Source: an uncultured bacterium
GTDB lineage: Bacteria; Patescibacteriota; Minisyncoccia; Phycocordibacterales; GWA1-40-21
NCBI GenBank assembly: GCA_963804975.1
Contig: CAWDSG010000002.1
Span: 560,224-606,401 of the forward strand
Direction: 5' to 3'
DNA length: 46,178 bases
The notes beneath the pieces were generated by a model. It worked only from the letters and a program-made list of their open reading frames with translations. It ran no database searches and was not told where the DNA came from. The first letter of the stretch is position 1, and every line of letters begins with the position of its first letter. Positions 29,493 through 39,338 of the stretch are shown piece after piece. Both the position numbers and the translations under genes were made by a program.

Positions 29493-29522
29493 ATTATACA
29501 CCCGAGAAACTAAAAATGGCAA
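29493..29522 (-). promoter_or_regulatory. sigma70-type promoter of the major pilin
   Basis: TTGCCA-18 nt-TATAAT on the minus strand, giving a ~170-nt structured leader. Confidence 0.55.
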
Positions 29523-29549
29523 AGAGGGGTGTTGATAACCAAAAATCAA

Positions 29550-30758
29550 TTACATCCCCGCCGAAATGCTATATATAGGGACAAGAACGGAAGCCATGAG
29601 GAACGCGACGCCGACGCCGAGAAGCACGATCATTGCCGGCTCTATCAGAGAAATCAATCCGTCAATGGCATTAGTCACTTCCCTTCGATAAAAATCCGCG
29701 AGCGTCTTTAAAATATTGCCGAGCTGACCGGTTTCCTCGCCGATTTTTATCATCTGCACGAATATTCCCGGGATTTCCTCATATTTCGCCATTGCATCCG
29801 AAACCGAACTTCCCGCTTTTACGTCTTCAACTGTTTTTTCAAGCAGCTCTTTGAACACAAGATTATCAACGACCGTTGATGTGATTTCAAGGCCTTTGAC
29901 CATCGGAATGCCCGAAATGATCATCGTGTTCATATTGTCCGCAATTCTTGACAGATAAAGCTTTGAATAAAGTTTTTTTACAAAAGGAGCGGTGATTTTC
30001 ATTTCATCAAGCGATAATTTTCCCGCATCGCTCATGAAATATCTGAAGAGGAAAAAACCTCCGACGATAAGCGCAATCAGAATAAATAATCCGTAGCTTA
30101 CAAGAAAATCGGAGAAACCGAGAACGGCTCTGGTATAAACCGGGAGTGTCTGGCCGGAAGTGGTAAGAATGTCGCTGATTTTCGGAATGACATAGACAAG
30201 CATCAGCACCATAACGGCAATAAAAGTAAAAATAACAAAAGCGGGATAGATAAGGGCGGTCTTTACTTTTGAATTGACTTCGTATGTCCTGTCCAAATGG
30301 TCCGCAAGATACATGAATGTCTGGTCAAGTTTTCCCGATTCCTCGCCCGCCTTCACCATGCTCACGTAAAATTGCGTAAAAATTTTCGGATGTTTTGACA
30401 AAGCGGCGGAAATTGAGCTTCCCGCCTGAAGATCGTCAACGACCTCGCTTAATTTTCTCCTCAAAAGAGAATTTTCCGATTGGCTCGCCAAAAGCTGGAA
30501 AACCCTGAGAGCGGAAACCTGCGCTTCAAAAAGCGTGGCCATCTGCCTTGAAAGAATGACTACATCCTTGTTTGACACGCGCTCAAACAGGGAAACATTT
30601 TTACCGAGAAAAGATCCTTTTTCTTCTTCAGGCCTTATTGTAACAATCGAAAGGCCTCTTTTCTGCAGAGCGCTGATCGCCACGTCAATATTGATGGCAT
30701 CTATTGTGCCTTCGCTCTGACTGCCTTTTTGGTCTAATGTTTTATATCTGAAAATCAT
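29550..30758 (-). CDS. pilC: Type IV pilus platform protein
   Basis: Two GspF repeats (AGEESGKL, IGEETGQL), YPAFV, IEPAMI. Confidence 0.93.
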   Translation of the reverse strand: MIFRYKTLDQKGSQSEGTIDAINIDVAISALQKRGLSIVTIRPEEEKGSFLGKNVSLFERVSNKDVVILSRQMATLFEAQVSALRVFQLLASQSENSLLRRKLSEVVDDLQAGSSISAALSKHPKIFTQFYVSMVKAGEESGKLDQTFMYLADHLDRTYEVNSKVKTALIYPAFVIFTFIAVMVLMLVYVIPKISDILTTSGQTLPVYTRAVLGFSDFLVSYGLFILIALIVGGFFLFRYFMSDAGKLSLDEMKITAPFVKKLYSKLYLSRIADNMNTMIISGIPMVKGLEITSTVVDNLVFKELLEKTVEDVKAGSSVSDAMAKYEEIPGIFVQMIKIGEETGQLGNILKTLADFYRREVTNAIDGLISLIEPAMIVLLGVGVAFLMASVLVPIYSISAGM

Positions 30759-30774
30759 TGAAATTAAAATAAAA

Positions 30775-31839
30775 CTAAATCATCTTCTGGAGGATTTTCG
30801 CGTCGGTTGAATATATATAAGCATTTTCAACAGTGATTTCTCCGCGGGACACAAGCTCCGCCAGGCATCGGTTCATATCCACCATTCCTTCCTGCGAACT
30901 TGTTTCTATCACCGAGCTGATTTCATGGATCCTGTTTTCGCGGATAAGATTTGCCACGGCATTATTATTTATAAGGATCTCGTATGCCGGAATAAGCCCT
31001 CCGGAAATTCTCGGAATCAATCTTTGCGAAAGGATGCCGGTCAAGCTTCCGGCAAGCTGGATCCGTATTTCGTCCTGCTGTTCCGCCGGAAAAGAATCTA
31101 TGATTCTTGAGATTGTCTGCGCGGCGCTGTTGGTATGGAGCGTGGAAAAAACCAAGTGGCCGGTCTCGGCTGCGGTCACCGCAATGGCAATCGTTTCCGC
31201 TCCGCGCATTTCTCCGATAAGCGCGACATCAACATCCTCTCTGAACATGCTCTGAAGCGCCGTGGCAAAATCAAATGTGTCTATGCGAACTTCTCTCTGG
31301 TCTATTATTGATTTTTTCGGCTCATAAACATATTCAATCGGATCCTCAATGGTAATGATGTGCTCCGCCCTGCTTTCATTAATGGATTCTATCATCGCGG
31401 CAAGAGTCGTCGTTTTCCCATGCCCGACAGGGCCGACAACAAGGAAAAATCCCTGTGGCTTGTCTGCAAAATTTTTCAAAACTTCCGGCAGATTGAGCTC
31501 GGCAATGCTTCGGATTTTTTTCGGAATAAGGCGCAGCGCAATCGAGACCATTCCCTGCTGAAAATAAGCGTTGCCTCTGAACCTCTCGCCGTTTTCTATG
31601 GCATATGAAAAATCAAGCTCCTTTGTCTTCAAAAAAATATCCTTGTTTTCTTTTGTGACAAGCTCGGAAAGAATGCCCATTATCATTTCCTTGCCGATTA
31701 CATCGCGTTTGATAAGCGGAAGCAGAAGCCCCGAGACACGGATTGTCGGTTTTTTCCCCTCGGAAAGATGAAGGTCGGATGCTCCCTCGTGAAAAACGAT
31801 GTCCACCAATTCATTAAGTTGTGTTTTATAGTCAGCCAT
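30775..31839 (-). CDS. pilT: Type IV pilus retraction ATPase
   Basis: GASDLHL, GPVGHGKTT, TIEDPIE, AETGHLVFSTLHT, AVANLIRE. Confidence 0.93.
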   Translation of the reverse strand: MADYKTQLNELVDIVFHEGASDLHLSEGKKPTIRVSGLLLPLIKRDVIGKEMIMGILSELVTKENKDIFLKTKELDFSYAIENGERFRGNAYFQQGMVSIALRLIPKKIRSIAELNLPEVLKNFADKPQGFFLVVGPVGHGKTTTLAAMIESINESRAEHIITIEDPIEYVYEPKKSIIDQREVRIDTFDFATALQSMFREDVDVALIGEMRGAETIAIAVTAAETGHLVFSTLHTNSAAQTISRIIDSFPAEQQDEIRIQLAGSLTGILSQRLIPRISGGLIPAYEILINNNAVANLIRENRIHEISSVIETSSQEGMVDMNRCLAELVSRGEITVENAYIYSTDAKILQKMI

Positions 31840-31887
31840 ATCTTTATTATTATATATTTTAACTTATTTTTATGTTTTTAGCAGCCA

Positions 31888-33606
31888 TTACAGCTGGTTG
31901 ACTTCCTCAAACGGTATGATTTTCTGCATGGCTTTTATAAGAGCGTCTTCTTTCATCGTGATAAGGCCGTTTTTTCTAGCGATTTTGAAAACTTCCGATT
32001 CGGATGGATTTTTCAAAACGGCCTGTTCTATTTCACCACTCATCTTGAACATTTCAAATACCGCGATCCTGCCTTTTGTGCCGTTCGGGCATTGCGGAGT
32101 GGATTCTTTTTCCAGCAATTCATAATCGGTCGGAATTTCTTTCCTGAATTCGGGAGGCAGGTCGGCAAACTGCTTGTCTATCATTGTCTTGATGCTTCCT
32201 GTCGCGGGTATCGGCTTTCCGGTGCCGGCGCAGAGTTCATTCACCAATCGCTGTCCCATAGCCAGGATAAGCGTCGGAGCAATCAGATACGGATCAACTT
32301 CCATATCTATCAATCTCGGAATAACGCCGCAAGCGGTATTGGTATGGATTGTGGAAAGCACCAAATGTCCGGTAAGCGCCGCCTGAATGGCAAGCCCCGC
32401 GGTTTCCTTGTCTCTGATTTCGCCAACCATGATGATATTCGGGTCCTGCCTCAAGGTCGTCCTCAAGCCGTTTGCAAAATCATATCCGATTTCCGGAAAA
32501 ACCTGCGACTGGCTTACGCCGTCAATATTGTATTCAATAGGGTCTTCCAAACTCAGGACATTTTTGTGGTCTTTATCCATTTCATTCATCATTGAATAAA
32601 GCGTCGTTGTTTTTCCGCTTCCGGTCGGACCGGAAATAAGTATGAGGCCGTAAGGCCGACTCATCGCTTCACGGACCATGGCCAGATTTCTCGGAGATAA
32701 TTTCATCTGATCGAGCGGTTTGACCCCTTTTTCCTGGTCAAGGATCCTCATCACGACTTTTTCGCCGTATTGCGTGGGAAAAGTAGAAACCCTGAAATCT
32801 ATTTTTCTTCCTTCAATGCTTGCCGAAAAACGCCCGTCCTGCGGTTTCCTTTTTTCATCAAGCCGCATATTCGCAAGGATTTTTATTCTGGCCACAACCT
32901 GCTGATGCACTTCAACAGGCAAGACAAGGCTTGTGTTCAGCACGCCATCCACTCTGAATCTCACGCGCACTTTGTCGCTCATGTGCTCTATGTGAATATC
33001 GGAAGCGTTGCCTTCGGTAGCATAGCGCAAGATCGTCGCCACGATTTTCGTCACTGGCGCATCTTCTATGATTTTCGTCCCGATTTCTTCCGCCGATTTC
33101 TCGCCTTTGATGATTTTGACATCGCTCACATCCGTCGAAAGCTCAGTTTCAAGGTCGGTCAGCGCTTTTTTCACTTCGCCCGAAAGCCCTTTGTAATTTT
33201 CAATGACTTTCTTGAAATCTTTTTCCGAAATGATGAATATTTTGTACGGCAGATTCAATTTGCCCACAGTAAAGCTTATTGCGTCCCTCGCCTCTATGTT
33301 TTCCGGGTCAAGAACTCCGATTTCAAGCGTTCCGTCCCGCAAAGCAAGCGGCACAAAACCATAATGCGTCGCAGCATCTTCGGAAACATATTTCAAAACG
33401 GAAAAAGGCACTTCTTTGCCTTCCAGATTTTTTGTCGGAAGATTATAATATTCGCCTTTTGCGCCAAGAATGGTATCGGCGGGAATTCCACGCTCTTCCA
33501 AAACTTCTTCTGTGGATTTTCCTTCCGTTACCGCCTGTTTTTCCAACTTTCCCGTATCGCCTTTATTGATTATTTTTTTGTCCGCTAATAGTTCAAGGAT
33601 ATTCAT
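31888..33606 (-). CDS. pilB: Type IV pilus assembly ATPase
   Basis: ASDIHIE, RFRVDG, GPTGSGKTT, LRQDP, GHLVLSTIHTN. Confidence 0.93.
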   Translation of the reverse strand: MNILELLADKKIINKGDTGKLEKQAVTEGKSTEEVLEERGIPADTILGAKGEYYNLPTKNLEGKEVPFSVLKYVSEDAATHYGFVPLALRDGTLEIGVLDPENIEARDAISFTVGKLNLPYKIFIISEKDFKKVIENYKGLSGEVKKALTDLETELSTDVSDVKIIKGEKSAEEIGTKIIEDAPVTKIVATILRYATEGNASDIHIEHMSDKVRVRFRVDGVLNTSLVLPVEVHQQVVARIKILANMRLDEKRKPQDGRFSASIEGRKIDFRVSTFPTQYGEKVVMRILDQEKGVKPLDQMKLSPRNLAMVREAMSRPYGLILISGPTGSGKTTTLYSMMNEMDKDHKNVLSLEDPIEYNIDGVSQSQVFPEIGYDFANGLRTTLRQDPNIIMVGEIRDKETAGLAIQAALTGHLVLSTIHTNTACGVIPRLIDMEVDPYLIAPTLILAMGQRLVNELCAGTGKPIPATGSIKTMIDKQFADLPPEFRKEIPTDYELLEKESTPQCPNGTKGRIAVFEMFKMSGEIEQAVLKNPSESEVFKIARKNGLITMKEDALIKAMQKIIPFEEVNQL

Positions 33607-33616
33607 AGGCGCCTTG

Positions 33617-33973
33617 TTATTTTTTGATGTTTAATCTGATTGTTGAAGTGGATGGAGCGGGATTGCTGTTGCTTCCGACCGGAGCAAAAGGGTTATTTCT
33701 TCCTGCCGGAGGCATATTGAACAGGACCGTATTGTCTTTCAGATTCAGGAATGCCGGTTCGGAGAAAACCGAATCGTTAAGCTGCCCGTTTTGCTGGACC
33801 CGGTTCATCTGCTGAAGCAGGGAATAAATATATTGCGCATCTGCGGATTCGGAAGTGCTTTGGCTTGCCGAGAGAGATGCGCTGCCGGCGCCTGTCCCCT
33901 TATTTCCCATATACCAGAAAGCAACCATGAGTACGAGTGCGACTATTATTAAAATGATGATATTTTTTTTCAT
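33617..33973 (-). CDS. PilP-position membrane protein
   Basis: N-terminal TM, GRNNPFAP motif, located between pilO and pilB. Confidence 0.65.
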   Translation of the reverse strand: MKKNIIILIIVALVLMVAFWYMGNKGTGAGSASLSASQSTSESADAQYIYSLLQQMNRVQQNGQLNDSVFSEPAFLNLKDNTVLFNMPPAGRNNPFAPVGSNSNPAPSTSTIRLNIKK

Positions 33974-33985
33974 ATAATTATGGGA

Positions 33986-34564
33986 TTATTGCAGCCAATA
34001 CGTATTCAATGTGACGTTAAAATCATAAAAGCCCGTATCATTCGAGCTGAAGGTTATATTCGTGATGTCTACCAATCTCAGATTGCTTTCCAAATCCGAT
34101 AGGAAATTCAGGAAATTTGCGTATGAAGAATTGACCGCAAAGCTCAGGGAAAGCGTCCCGTATTGGCTCGCTGTTTGGCCGGACGCGCCGGTATTGTTGT
34201 TTTGAATATTGCCGAGAACTATATTCTTGGCCACCAGATTCCTTCCCTGCGCAATCTGGCTTATCTCAATAATCAATCTTATGTTGTCAATATTTGAAGG
34301 AAGCATTTTTTCAAGGCGCGCCTGCTCGTCAGTGCTGATTGTATTTTTTTTATTGACCAAATTGTCTTTTTCGGCGACTATTGAAACCGCGCTTTTCGCC
34401 ACATCCTGATATTTTGCAAGTTCGTCCTGAAGGGCGGAAACGCTGTAAGTGGAATAATCCTGCGCATTGGCCGGCGCAGCGCTTCCTTTGTAATTCGGAT
34501 CAACATAGCCGAAAAATACTCCGAGTGATGCAAGTATTAAAAATATTGGTACGATAAGATTCAT
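33986..34564 (-). CDS. pilO: Type IV pilus alignment protein PilO
   Basis: TM, coiled coil, MLPS, YANFLNFLSDLESNLRLVDI. Confidence 0.85.
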   Translation of the reverse strand: MNLIVPIFLILASLGVFFGYVDPNYKGSAAPANAQDYSTYSVSALQDELAKYQDVAKSAVSIVAEKDNLVNKKNTISTDEQARLEKMLPSNIDNIRLIIEISQIAQGRNLVAKNIVLGNIQNNNTGASGQTASQYGTLSLSFAVNSSYANFLNFLSDLESNLRLVDITNITFSSNDTGFYDFNVTLNTYWLQ

Positions 34565-34576
34565 AATTGATTTATA

Positions 34577-35230
34577 TTATTGCGCCGCCTGCGAAGCATT
34601 GTTGCTTGCGGCATTTACGCCGCCATTCGCCATATTCGCATAAGACAAAAATTGCGGATTGATATTCGCCGAAAATGTGAACGAAACGCTTCCGTCCGCG
34701 TTCAAGCCGAAGTTTGATATTTTCGGCCCGCTGATGATATTTTTCCAATCAGGCATATCAAACTCGTCCGCCTGGGAAGCGACTGATTCCCAATCATGCG
34801 CGACGCCCGAGAGCGTTATTCCGACAACCGTATTTCCGTTGCTGTCCTTGCTTGCCGATGAAAAAGTGAAACTGTTGAACCTGACATTCTGAAGCGTCAC
34901 TTGTTGAAGAAATGCAAAAATCGGCGAGACGGCGACATGGCTGTCCAAAAGCTGTTTGCCGATATTGATTCTGTTATTCAGGTCTATGATGCTTTCCACG
35001 GTATTTGAATCGGAGATAAGGCCGCTTTTATTCGTAGCGATGGTATTTTGTTGGCTTGCGATCTGCTGTATCAGATAATTTTTTTCCAAAAAGACATACG
35101 CTGAAAGTCCAAGTGAGACCAAAAAAATGATGATTGAGATAAGCAGAAAGAAACTAATGCTTGATTTAGTTTTTCTTGCCTGCATGATGGGCGCTTTCGG
35201 TATAAAAGATGTTTGGAATTTTGGATCCAT
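34577..35230 (-). CDS. PilN-like alignment protein
   Basis: FQTSFIPK, TM, coiled coil, located between pilM and pilO. Confidence 0.75.
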   Translation of the reverse strand: MDPKFQTSFIPKAPIMQARKTKSSISFFLLISIIIFLVSLGLSAYVFLEKNYLIQQIASQQNTIATNKSGLISDSNTVESIIDLNNRINIGKQLLDSHVAVSPIFAFLQQVTLQNVRFNSFTFSSASKDSNGNTVVGITLSGVAHDWESVASQADEFDMPDWKNIISGPKISNFGLNADGSVSFTFSANINPQFLSYANMANGGVNAASNNASQAAQ

Positions 35231-35302
35231 TTCTATTTATTATTATAACCCAAAAAATCAAAAAACAATACAACAATACCATTAAAAACTGTGGACTATA
35301 TC

Positions 35303-36424
35303 CTATATTTCCTGCAATTTTCTTATGGCTAGGCCGATGGCCACGGTAAATTCCGGCCCCGCCGTTTTAAGCACTTCTTCAAGAAAAGCGGGATATTCAA
35401 CCTTTGAAAACGGATCTGAAATTTCCACCGGCGTTTCAAAAGAGCTCTGCGCCTTTTCTTTGATGCCTTTAAGAAGCGCTCCGCCTCCCGTCAAGATTAT
35501 TTTGCTGATTTTCTTGTTGTATTTTTTGTAATAGCCAAGTATGAAGCGCCCCGTTTCGGCAAATATATAATCCACGGTCACTGAAGAAACTTCCGATATG
35601 CCAGTATTGATTTTATTGTCGGTAATTCCCTGCGTCCTTTTCATTTTTTCCGCCTCGTCAAAAGGGATATTCATTGAGCTTGAAATGGCAAGTGTGATAT
35701 CCTGCGAGCCGCGATTGATGATGTGCGACGCTTTGAGAATCCCTTTTTCCACGATGAATACTTTTGTGGCGCTCGCGCCGAAATCCATTATCATCTGCGG
35801 AGCAAGCGATGGGTCAAGCGCAGCCCTTATGGTGCTGAAAATCTCCACTTCTGAAAAAGTAGTGTTGAGTCCGGCAAGTTTTTGGATATCCTTGTTTTTA
35901 TTGAGCACGTCGTTATGAATGACGACAAGCAGGACTTCCGTTCCGCCCTCTTCCGCGATTTTCTCGCCGTTCTGGAATTCGGAGATGGTGCTCTCGTCTT
36001 TCGGTATGGCCCACCAGTCAAGCGTCACTTCGGAGATCGGCACAGGAATATATTTTCTTGCTTCAAGCGGAACCATCTCGGCAAGATTTTTTTCCTCTTT
36101 TGTCGGTATTTTTATGAAAATCACAAAGCTTGCGCCGATGGTAATGGACATTCCGCTGTCCACCGTCGTCGTGTTGGATTCTTTCAAAAGATCTTTTATC
36201 GCCTCGGCGATTTTGGCTGCGGGAAGCACGGCAGCTCTGCCAAGCTCGGTGCCGGCATAAGGGCCGATGGCCAATTCGCCGTAAGTTTCAAGTATGGCTT
36301 TCCCGTTTTTCTTTTTGAGCTGGACAACTTTGATGGAGGACGAACCGATATCAATGCCAAGCACACTCATGCTTTTTTTCGGCCCAGAGAATGAATCCAA
36401 CAAATTTGAGAAAAAATTAGGCAT
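35303..36424 (-). CDS. pilM: Type IV pilus assembly protein PilM
   Basis: LGIDIGSSSIK, MDFGASAT, ILTGGGA, AIGLAIR. Confidence 0.93.
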   Translation of the reverse strand: MPNFFSNLLDSFSGPKKSMSVLGIDIGSSSIKVVQLKKKNGKAILETYGELAIGPYAGTELGRAAVLPAAKIAEAIKDLLKESNTTTVDSGMSITIGASFVIFIKIPTKEEKNLAEMVPLEARKYIPVPISEVTLDWWAIPKDESTISEFQNGEKIAEEGGTEVLLVVIHNDVLNKNKDIQKLAGLNTTFSEVEIFSTIRAALDPSLAPQMIMDFGASATKVFIVEKGILKASHIINRGSQDITLAISSSMNIPFDEAEKMKRTQGITDNKINTGISEVSSVTVDYIFAETGRFILGYYKKYNKKISKIILTGGGALLKGIKEKAQSSFETPVEISDPFSKVEYPAFLEEVLKTAGPEFTVAIGLAIRKLQEI

Positions 36425-36486
36425 TGCTGTTATTTGCTGTTATTATAACACAATGAATAGCCCATTCAACGGTAAAAACCTTAAAA

Positions 36487-37164
36487 ATGAAGCAGATTAA
36501 AGATTTTTTTGAGCTCCTGTTCGGCTTCATTCTGCCGAAAGATGCGGATGTCTTGGAAATAGAAGAGATGTCTCTTGAAAATCTCATGGAAAAGATACCG
36601 CAATCAGGCGAGCTTGAGGAAAGCAGGTTTAAAGCGCTGTTCCAATACAAAAACAATATTGCCCATAAGGCGGTCTGGGAAATAAAATACCGGGCAAACA
36701 AAAAAATCACCGAAAAATTCTCAAAACTCCTTTATGAGTTCATTCTTGAAAATATTTCCGACGAAACGATTTTTTCAAATTTTAAAAATCCGCTTCTTTT
36801 GCCGATACCGGCAAGCAAATCCACTCTGCGCGAAAGAGGATTCAACCAATGCACGCTTATTGCGGAAGAAATAGAAAAAATTGACGGGGAGCCTGCCTGC
36901 CGGTCAGGCAGGAAAAATTTTGAAATCAATTTTGACGCGCTCTCAAAAATAAAAGAAACTCCGCACCAGTCAAAATCTAAAAATCGCGCGGAAAGATTGA
37001 AGAATCTTCAAGATAGCTTCAAAGCCGACAGTGAAAAAGTAAAAGGCAGAAATATAATTGTGATAGATGATGTCATTACCACCGGCACCACAATGAAAGA
37101 GGCCTCAAAAACCCTGCGCAAAGCCGGAGCGAAAAAAGTTTTAGGATTTGCAATCGCGCATTAA
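36487..37164 (+). CDS. comF: ComF-family competence phosphoribosyltransferase-like protein
   Basis: ERGFNQ, ERLKNL, VIDDVITTGTT. Confidence 0.88.
   Translation: MKQIKDFFELLFGFILPKDADVLEIEEMSLENLMEKIPQSGELEESRFKALFQYKNNIAHKAVWEIKYRANKKITEKFSKLLYEFILENISDETIFSNFKNPLLLPIPASKSTLRERGFNQCTLIAEEIEKIDGEPACRSGRKNFEINFDALSKIKETPHQSKSKNRAERLKNLQDSFKADSEKVKGRNIIVIDDVITTGTTMKEASKTLRKAGAKKVLGFAIAH
36892..36912 (+). repeat. 21-bp intragenic palindrome (in-frame insertion in comF), copy 3
   Basis: CCTGCCTGCCGGTCAGGCAGG, encodes PACRSGR. Confidence 0.85.
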
Positions 37165-37165
37165 T

Positions 37166-37196
37166 AAAAAAGCCGCACCCATATCAGGCGCGGCTT
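37166..37196 (-). terminator. Intrinsic terminator
   Basis: AAGCCGCACC ... GGCGCGGCTT with T-run on the minus strand, between convergent genes. Confidence 0.65.
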
Positions 37197-37210
37197 GAGG
37201 CAAAACAAAA

Positions 37211-37639
37211 TTATTTACTTCTCTTCTTTTTTTGATAATCTTCCAACCATTTGGTAACATTTTGTGATGCTTGATCTTTTAAAGTGTTATCGTCTGCATT
37301 ACCGGGCATATCGAGTTTGCCGAAATGAATATATGTTTTCATATAGGCTAAAGAGACGATTTCGTTTTCTGCAGAATTTTTTCCGATTTCTAAAATTAAT
37401 TGCCGAACGGTTTTCCTCATTAATTTTTCAAAATTGCCTCCGGCAGACTGGCGGCAGAATTCAAGGCAGGAAGAAATCGTTTTGTATAATTTTTCCCTTT
37501 GTTTCCTTTTCTCCGCTTTCTTCTTTTTATCAAACCCTTTTAAGAGCCTGATCTTTTTGTTCCGGTTTTTGCCGATATCCTTCATTTTGGAAAGGCCGGC
37601 GATTATTACTGTTTTAACTTTTTTAACTATTCTTTTCAT
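37211..37639 (-). CDS. Hypothetical Lys-rich protein
   Basis: 142 aa; has a clear SD (AGGGAGG) upstream of ATG. Confidence 0.65.
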   Translation of the reverse strand: MKRIVKKVKTVIIAGLSKMKDIGKNRNKKIRLLKGFDKKKKAEKRKQREKLYKTISSCLEFCRQSAGGNFEKLMRKTVRQLILEIGKNSAENEIVSLAYMKTYIHFGKLDMPGNADDNTLKDQASQNVTKWLEDYQKKKRSK

Positions 37640-37729
37640 AGCCAGACCTCCCTGTTTTTAATGTGCAACTCACTGCTTCAAGAGCAAAATCTGTTTTGAA
37701 TATAGCACAATTTAAAAGAAATAAAAGAG

Positions 37730-38107
37730 TTATTTGATCAGCGTAAAATTCGTAATGCTTACTTCCCCATTGCTTATTTTAAAGTTGAATCTGGCGCGCA
37801 AAGCAATGTGCCCGTCTTCATATTCCACCTCCGCCGTATCGGAAGAAATTTCCGTAAGATTTGTTATATAAAATTTTCCGCCCAAAACTTCTTTCTCCGG
37901 AGAAATTTGCGAGATATTATTTTTCAGATAATTTTCCAGAATATTTTTCGTCCCGCATAGGAACGCGTCCGGCGCAGGCGCGCTCGGATTGCCATGCTTT
38001 ATCCATTCACCGTTATTGCACATCCAGCCATCCTCGCCAGAGAAAAATCTGATGCCAGCGACCAACAAAACAAGAATCAAGATAGTATAAATTATTTTTT
38101 TGTTCAT
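37730..38107 (-). CDS. Hypothetical membrane-anchored protein
   Basis: N-terminal TM, WMCNNGEWIKHGNPSAP, EVLGGKFYIT, YEDGH. Confidence 0.75.
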   Translation of the reverse strand: MNKKIIYTILILVLLVAGIRFFSGEDGWMCNNGEWIKHGNPSAPAPDAFLCGTKNILENYLKNNISQISPEKEVLGGKFYITNLTEISSDTAEVEYEDGHIALRARFNFKISNGEVSITNFTLIK

Positions 38108-39324
38108 ATTGTTTGAATTTTAGGTTTTCTTTTCCACTTATACAGGATAACTAAACCAATAATAACAAATGCAACCATCGACATTAAAGCAATGCGATAA
38201 TTTATACTTGCTATTCCAAGAGTTGCAATGATACCGCCCCAAACCAATGGGCCAAACAATGTGGCAAAACGCTCTGCTAAAGTATAAAAAGTGAAACCAT
38301 AAGTAAGGTTTTCCTTCTCTAAAATTTTACTCAAATAAGACCGTGACACTGTCCAAATAGGTCCGATAAGAAATCCTAGAGCAACAGAAAAAATAGTCAG
38401 AGAAACCAAACCCTTGGCCGAAGCAAGCAAGGGAATCAATATTATCCAACAAATTAAGGTGACTTTTAAAGTTTTAAGCTCACCAATTTTATCTGCAACC
38501 CAACCGGAAACTATTCCCCCAATTCCTCCCATAAAAAGTATTGCCAATAATAAATAGTTTTTTATATTGTCTGGAGCGCCAAAAACCCTTTCCATATAAA
38601 TCGGATAATTATTGGAAATTGTAATAAATCCATCATTAAAGAAAAAGAAAGCAATAAGCATCGGCACAGCAATAGAGATTGAGAAAAAAGCAATCATTTT
38701 TTTTACATATTCTTTTTCTCCCTCTCTTAAAACCTTAATGCTGAATTTATTATTTTTAGGCTTGCTATCAATAAAAGAAATCATCATGGGAAGAGCAAGA
38801 ATAATAAAAATTATCAGGGACGGAAATAATGGTGATAATCTTGTCGCAGATAAAGGCAAGGCAATTAAAAGACCAACTACTTGACCCAAACTATTGGAAA
38901 ATTGACCGATACCTGAAGCTCTCGCTCTATGCTCTGTATCTGCAACATCCTCAATCAATGTATTATAAAATACGAAAGACAGCTGATAAAAATATTGTCC
39001 TATCAAAAAACAAATTACGATAATAAAAATATATTGTGTTCCCAAATATGCAAAAACAGTAGCTAAACCATAACCCAGAAATGTTCCTATGGTGGCAAAA
39101 TTTAATAAATACTTTCTACCGCCATACTTATCTGTAAATGAAGCTAGCGTCGGAGCAGAAAAGAATAATAATATAGAAGTTATGGCAAAAATTGCATTAT
39201 ACCAAAAATCAGAAAGTCCTCCGTCAATGACCATCCATTGAGAAAAATATAAAAGAAAATTGATAAAGATTATTGAATTCGCAAAATCATATAAAGACCA
39301 ATAAAAAAGTTTTTTCTTATTCAT
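38104..39324 (-). CDS. MFS transporter, UMF1/Atg22-like
   Basis: WSLYDFANS, FYNTL, SRSYLS, about 12 TM. Confidence 0.85.
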   Translation of the reverse strand: MNKKKLFYWSLYDFANSIIFINFLLYFSQWMVIDGGLSDFWYNAIFAITSILLFFSAPTLASFTDKYGGRKYLLNFATIGTFLGYGLATVFAYLGTQYIFIIVICFLIGQYFYQLSFVFYNTLIEDVADTEHRARASGIGQFSNSLGQVVGLLIALPLSATRLSPLFPSLIIFIILALPMMISFIDSKPKNNKFSIKVLREGEKEYVKKMIAFFSISIAVPMLIAFFFFNDGFITISNNYPIYMERVFGAPDNIKNYLLLAILFMGGIGGIVSGWVADKIGELKTLKVTLICWIILIPLLASAKGLVSLTIFSVALGFLIGPIWTVSRSYLSKILEKENLTYGFTFYTLAERFATLFGPLVWGGIIATLGIASINYRIALMSMVAFVIIGLVILYKWKRKPKIQTI

Positions 39325-39338
39325 AAGTCCGACATTTT

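Noticed and set aside
32770-33588. 272-aa plus-strand ORF (also 24271..24861, 35882..36394 and similar)
   Set aside because: Antisense shadows of pilB, ligA and pilM with no recognisable motifs
36424-36443. 10-bp tandem repeat TTGCTGTTAT x2 in the pilM leader
   Set aside because: Two copies only; could be a simple slippage, with no evidence of phase variation from one sequence
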